In this document: positions 28,818 to 32,000 of the stretch, piece by piece
Numbering within the stretch: position 1 is the first letter of the stretch
Layout of the letters: each line of letters starts with the position of its first letter
NCBI RefSeq assembly: GCF_900167395.1
Contig: NZ_FUWK01000015.1
Coordinates: forward strand, 18,285-50,284
DNA from: Nitrosomonas europaea
GTDB taxonomy: Bacteria; Pseudomonadota; Gammaproteobacteria; Burkholderiales; Nitrosomonadaceae
Reading direction: 5' to 3'
Length of the DNA: 32,000 bases
Translations under genes and position numbers: made by a program
Notes under the pieces: generated by a model
Databases searched by the model: none
What the model was told of the DNA's origin: nothing
What the model saw: the letters and a program-made list of their open reading frames with translations, nothing else

Positions 28818-30890
28818 TTATTTCTCAATAGATGCATAAGCAGGTAACAGTTCGAACGGCGCTTCCCGAGTTGTCGGATGAAGGATGATACGTGCCTGCA
28901 GAATAGTTCGAATACCGAACATCAGTATGCTGATGAGTACCGCCATGAACAATGCCGTCAGTGTAACGTTGATATAGTCATTAAATATAACCTGTTGCAT
29001 TTGCCCGATCGACCGGGCAGGTGCCAGCACAATATCTTGTATCACTGCATCCTGATATTTTTCTGCATGCGCGAGAAAACCGATCCGCGGATTATCATGA
29101 AATATTTTTTGCCAGGCAGCAGTCAGTGTACAAATGCAAACCCATACTGCCGGAATCACTGTAATCCAGGCAAAGCGATCGAGCTTCATCCTGAACAGCA
29201 CACATGTGCACAGGATCAGTGCGATACCGGCGAGCATCTGGTTGGCGATCCCGAACAGCGGCCACAGGGTATTGATACCCCCCAATGGATCGATCACGCC
29301 CTGATACAGGAAATACCCCCAGCCGGATACACAGATACCTGTAGCTATCAGGCTTGCTGTCAGCGAATCAGTCCGTTTCATCGCCGGAATGAATGAACCG
29401 AGCAGATCCTGCAACATAAAACGCCCGGCACGCGTCCCGGCATCAACCGCCGTCAGAATAAATAATGCTTCAAATAAAATAGCAAAGTGATACCAGAACG
29501 CCATCATCGCAGTATCACCGATCACTCCCGACAAAATCTGCGCCATACCCACCGCCAGCGTTGGCGCACCGCCCGTTCGCGAGATGATGCTGTGTTCACC
29601 GACGTTCTGTGTAGTTTGTGTGATCATTTCCGGAGTGATATGGAACCCCCACTGGGAAATCGTTTGTACAGCCGATTCCACCGTAGTGCCGATGATCGCC
29701 GCCGGACTATTCATGGCAAAATAAATACCGGGCTCAAGTGCTGCTGCGGCAACCAGCGCCATGATCGCGACAAACGATTCCATCAACATTGCGCCGTAAC
29801 CAATGAAACGTGCATCAGTTTCATTCTGGATCATTTTGGGTGTAGTGCCGGATGCGATCAACGAATGGAAACCGGAAACCGCACCACAGGCTACTGTCAC
29901 GAACAGGAACGGAAACAGATCACCCGACCAGACCGGGCCTGAACCATCAATGAATTGTGTCAGCGCAGGCATTTTCAATTCCGGTGAAAGAATAATGACA
30001 CCGATTGCCAAACCAACGATTGTGCCAATTTTAAGAAAAGTCGACAGATAATCGCGTGGCGCCAGCAACAACCATACCGGCAATACTGAGGCAATAAAGC
30101 CATAGCCAATCAATACCCAGGTCAGTTGTTCACCGGTTGCCGAGAACACCGCTGCCCATGCAGGGTCCTCCTGAACATACTGGCCGGCTATGATCGACAG
30201 AATCAGCAGCGTAAATCCGATCAGCGATATCTCAGCAATTGCACACGGCCGGAAATAACGCGAATAAATCCCCATGAACATTGCGATAGGGATCGTCGCC
30301 GCAACGGTGAATGTCCCCCATGGTGATTCAGCCAATGCCTTGACGACAATCAGCGACAATACAGCAAGTAAAATCAGCATGATGAAGAACGCACCGAACA
30401 ATGCGATCATACCGGGAACATGCCCCAGTTCGGATTTGATCAGATCACCGAGTGACCGGGCATTACGCCGCATCGATATGAACAGTACGATGAAATCCTG
30501 CACTGCACCGGCGAATACGACTCCAGCAAGCAGCCACAACATACTCGGCAAATACCCCATTTGTGCTGCCAAAATCGGCCCAACCAGTGGCCCGGCTCCG
30601 GCAATCGCAGCAAAATGATGCCCGAACAATACATATTTATTGGTTGGAACATGATCCAGTCCATCATTGTGCTTATATGCTGGAGTCATACGCGTTGTAT
30701 CCAGCTTCAATACCCGATTGGCAATGAACTGACTATAGAAACGAAAGGCGATCAAATACACACACACTGCCGCAATAACAATCCAGATTGCACTAATCGA
30801 TTCACCTCGGTTGAGGGCAATGACACCGAAAGCTGCCGCACCCAGCAGGGAAAACAGTGACCAACCTACCCACTTGCTTAACTGATTCAT
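28818..30890 (-). CDS. cstA: Carbon starvation protein A family transporter (peptide/pyruvate uptake)
   Basis: 690-aa polytopic protein. LFGHHFAAIAGAGPLVGPILAAQMGYLP and ACGAVSGFHSLIASGTTPKM are CstA signatures. SD AGAGG lies 6 nt before the ATG. Confidence 0.93.
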   Translation of the reverse strand: MNQLSKWVGWSLFSLLGAAAFGVIALNRGESISAIWIVIAAVCVYLIAFRFYSQFIANRVLKLDTTRMTPAYKHNDGLDHVPTNKYVLFGHHFAAIAGAGPLVGPILAAQMGYLPSMLWLLAGVVFAGAVQDFIVLFISMRRNARSLGDLIKSELGHVPGMIALFGAFFIMLILLAVLSLIVVKALAESPWGTFTVAATIPIAMFMGIYSRYFRPCAIAEISLIGFTLLILSIIAGQYVQEDPAWAAVFSATGEQLTWVLIGYGFIASVLPVWLLLAPRDYLSTFLKIGTIVGLAIGVIILSPELKMPALTQFIDGSGPVWSGDLFPFLFVTVACGAVSGFHSLIASGTTPKMIQNETDARFIGYGAMLMESFVAIMALVAAAALEPGIYFAMNSPAAIIGTTVESAVQTISQWGFHITPEMITQTTQNVGEHSIISRTGGAPTLAVGMAQILSGVIGDTAMMAFWYHFAILFEALFILTAVDAGTRAGRFMLQDLLGSFIPAMKRTDSLTASLIATGICVSGWGYFLYQGVIDPLGGINTLWPLFGIANQMLAGIALILCTCVLFRMKLDRFAWITVIPAVWVCICTLTAAWQKIFHDNPRIGFLAHAEKYQDAVIQDIVLAPARSIGQMQQVIFNDYINVTLTALFMAVLISILMFGIRTILQARIILHPTTREAPFELLPAYASIEK

Positions 30891-30931
30891 GACTACCTCT
30901 GATAAAAAACCCGACGCTCATTAAATTTCTG

Positions 30932-30979
30932 AAAACTTTACATGCAGATTCACAACACTATCAATCAATGTAAAGTTTT
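30932..30979 (-). promoter_or_regulatory. 12-bp perfect inverted repeat AAAACTTTACAT-N24-ATGTAAAGTTTT in the cstA leader
   Basis: Read directly: arms at 30932-30943 and 30968-30979. The proximal arm ends 41 nt upstream of the cstA ATG. The function (RNA hairpin or operator) is unknown. Confidence 0.5.
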
Positions 30980-31065
30980 GACTTCTTTACCGCGCAAATC
31001 CAGCAGCATATTTCGCAACATACCAGCCACCCGCTTCGGTATCGACAATAACATTTGCCTGTCAT
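30961..31065 (-). CDS. Candidate 34-codon Cys-rich upstream ORF (MTGKCYCRYRSGWLVCCEICCWICAVKKSKLYID)
   Basis: Hand translation. ATG 31065-31063 is preceded by GGGAAGAG 4 nt upstream. The TGA stop at 30963-30961 lies in the loop of the inverted repeat. The same frame is open for 65 further codons upstream with no ATG, GTG or TTG, so this may instead be the tail of a dead gene. Confidence 0.25.
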   Translation of the reverse strand: MTGKCYCRYRSGWLVCCEICCWICAVKKSKLYID

Positions 31066-31325
31066 GTTGCTCTTCCCACATCTGATTTTATATTTCTTGC
31101 TACTGAAGAAACTTTTCTTTTCCTCTAAAGATAACGCTGTTGATGGTGAACCTTCAAAAATTTTCGTACTGGATTCATCAGTAACGAGCCTCTCACCTAA
31201 ATCAAGTGTGCTGCAACATTCAGCATTTAAGGAGTATAAGAATCGACACAGGGATATGAATTAAAAGACTAACCCGATCAGGATGTCATCAATACGATTC
31301 ATCGAATTATGCGGGGTAAGCAGAT

Positions 31326-31900
31326 ATGTTGATACAGACTGGCAGGTATCCATGCAACTGTAATGACCCAGTATTATTCCCCAAGGATGTACGCGAACAG
31401 TACGAGCACGAGATCAAGAAGTTGCAGGAACCCTATGGCGAGGTGAGGCAATACTGGAATCACGCGCCCGAAAAAGCTGGATACCTTGCTGCGCAAGAAT
31501 AAAAGCTGATCAACCGAGTGCAACAGGGCTTAAGGAAAGGAGGAATCCCAAGTGTCAGCCAGCTGTGCTGCTAGAGTTTGATGTGCTTCGGTGTATACCC
31601 TCTATTATCGCCGCCCCATCAAGGCACTACCGTCAGTAGCGAGCCGGTCTGATCAGCGCTGAGCGACCGATCTGTGCCGCATATTGGGGAAGCGTCACTC
31701 CGAAATAGAAGTCGGCCATAGTAGCCCGATCTCTACTTTTGGAACCCATTATAAATAGGGGATTACACTTAATCTGCCGGTATGGCACGCTTGGACGTGT
31801 CAGGAAGCCCTCTCTGCTACGCTCAGACAACAGTTTAGTGTTCAGTCAGGCCTACACCCGGCTGGATAAGGAGTTACGGGCTGAAGTAGGAGTTCATCAC
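31326..31900 (+). pseudogene. Decayed IS3-family element: orfA C-terminal remnant plus rve (integrase core) remnant
   Basis: ORF 31326-31502 ends ...EIKKLQEPYGEVRQYWNHAPEKAGYLAAQE*, resembling the leucine-zipper/ILKKAAAYFAKE end of IS3 OrfA, with GAAAAAG at the usual slippery-site position. Downstream frames give TDLCRI..., then RYGTLGRVRKPSLLRSDNSLVFSQAYTRLDKELRAEVGVHHTAL, resembling RFG....LLRSDNG.VFTS..Y.......G..QEF of rve domains. Stops interrupt the frames. Confidence 0.5.
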
Positions 31901-31970
31901 ACTGCACTACCTGTTTGGTCCCGCATTGTGATGGTGTATTGTATGATTTGCTACCGACACAGGAGGAATT

Positions 31971-32000
31971 ATGGGACAGATATTACACGGGAGCGCCCGC
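31971..32000 (+). CDS. Start of a transposase, probably IS481 family (only 10 codons in the window)
   Basis: AGGAGG at 31961-31966, 4 nt before ATG 31971. MGQILHGSAR matches the MGQ.LHG(S/C)A.TT N-terminus I recall for one group of IS481-family transposases. A possible element end TGTGATGGTGTATTGTATG begins at 31927. Confidence 0.4.
   Translation, partial: MGQILHGSAR

Noticed and set aside
30939-30954. Possible CRP box in the cstA promoter (E. coli cstA is CRP-dependent)
   Set aside because: Only one half-site (TCACA at 30950-30954) is present. The partner position reads TACAT rather than TGTGA.
31468-31476. GAAAAAG as a functional -1 frameshift site in the IS3-like remnant
   Set aside because: Shifting to the -1 frame there reaches a stop after about 11 codons and the downstream rve region is riddled with stops. 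This is a fossil of the slippery site, not an active recoding signal.
1-32000. Window-wide scan for CRISPR arrays, tRNA/rRNA/tmRNA genes, prophage or integrase modules, toxin-antitoxin pairs, and restriction or other defence systems
   Set aside because: I saw no regularly spaced direct repeats, no cloverleaf-compatible segments in the intergenic regions, and no ORFs with nuclease, methylase, ATPase-defence, phage structural or TA-like signatures. The only mobile-DNA signals are the three decayed or partial IS elements.

Overview
This 32-kb chromosomal segment reads like a betaproteobacterium. The flhDC, Na+-NQR and dapA-bamC context suggests a Nitrosomonadales-like genome, but that taxon call is inference only. 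Coding density is high and most genes are recognisable housekeeping or respiratory functions. From left to right the window holds: a partial SH3/coiled-coil periplasmic protein; cutA-dsbD plus a TlpA-like thioredoxin; a complete Na+-translocating NADH:quinone oxidoreductase operon nqrABCDEF ending in an apbE gene whose 3' end encodes an NqrM-like module; a CBS-pair protein; an orphan J-domain protein; a translationally coupled ovoA-ovoB (ovothiol) pair; clpB; dapA-bamC; a small lipoprotein; murJ; flhDC; comEC; a frameshifted IS5-family transposase remnant; ybdD-like plus cstA; and, at the right edge, a decayed IS3-like element cut off by what looks like the start of an IS481-like element. I found no CRISPR array, tRNA or rRNA gene, prophage, or recognisable defence, toxin or secretion system, and I cannot point to a clearly undescribed multi-gene system. 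The observations most worth follow-up are: (1) the compact ovoA-ovoB cluster; (2) the ApbE-NqrM fusion; (3) a Cys-rich 34-codon upstream ORF ending inside a 12-bp-stem inverted repeat just upstream of cstA; (4) a palindrome-dense 507-bp region upstream of nqrA; (5) an unusual 162-bp gap inside the nqr operon; (6) IS debris bracketing cstA-ybdD and abutting the comEC start. All homology calls come from reading the translated ORFs and recalling family motifs. No database search was run.
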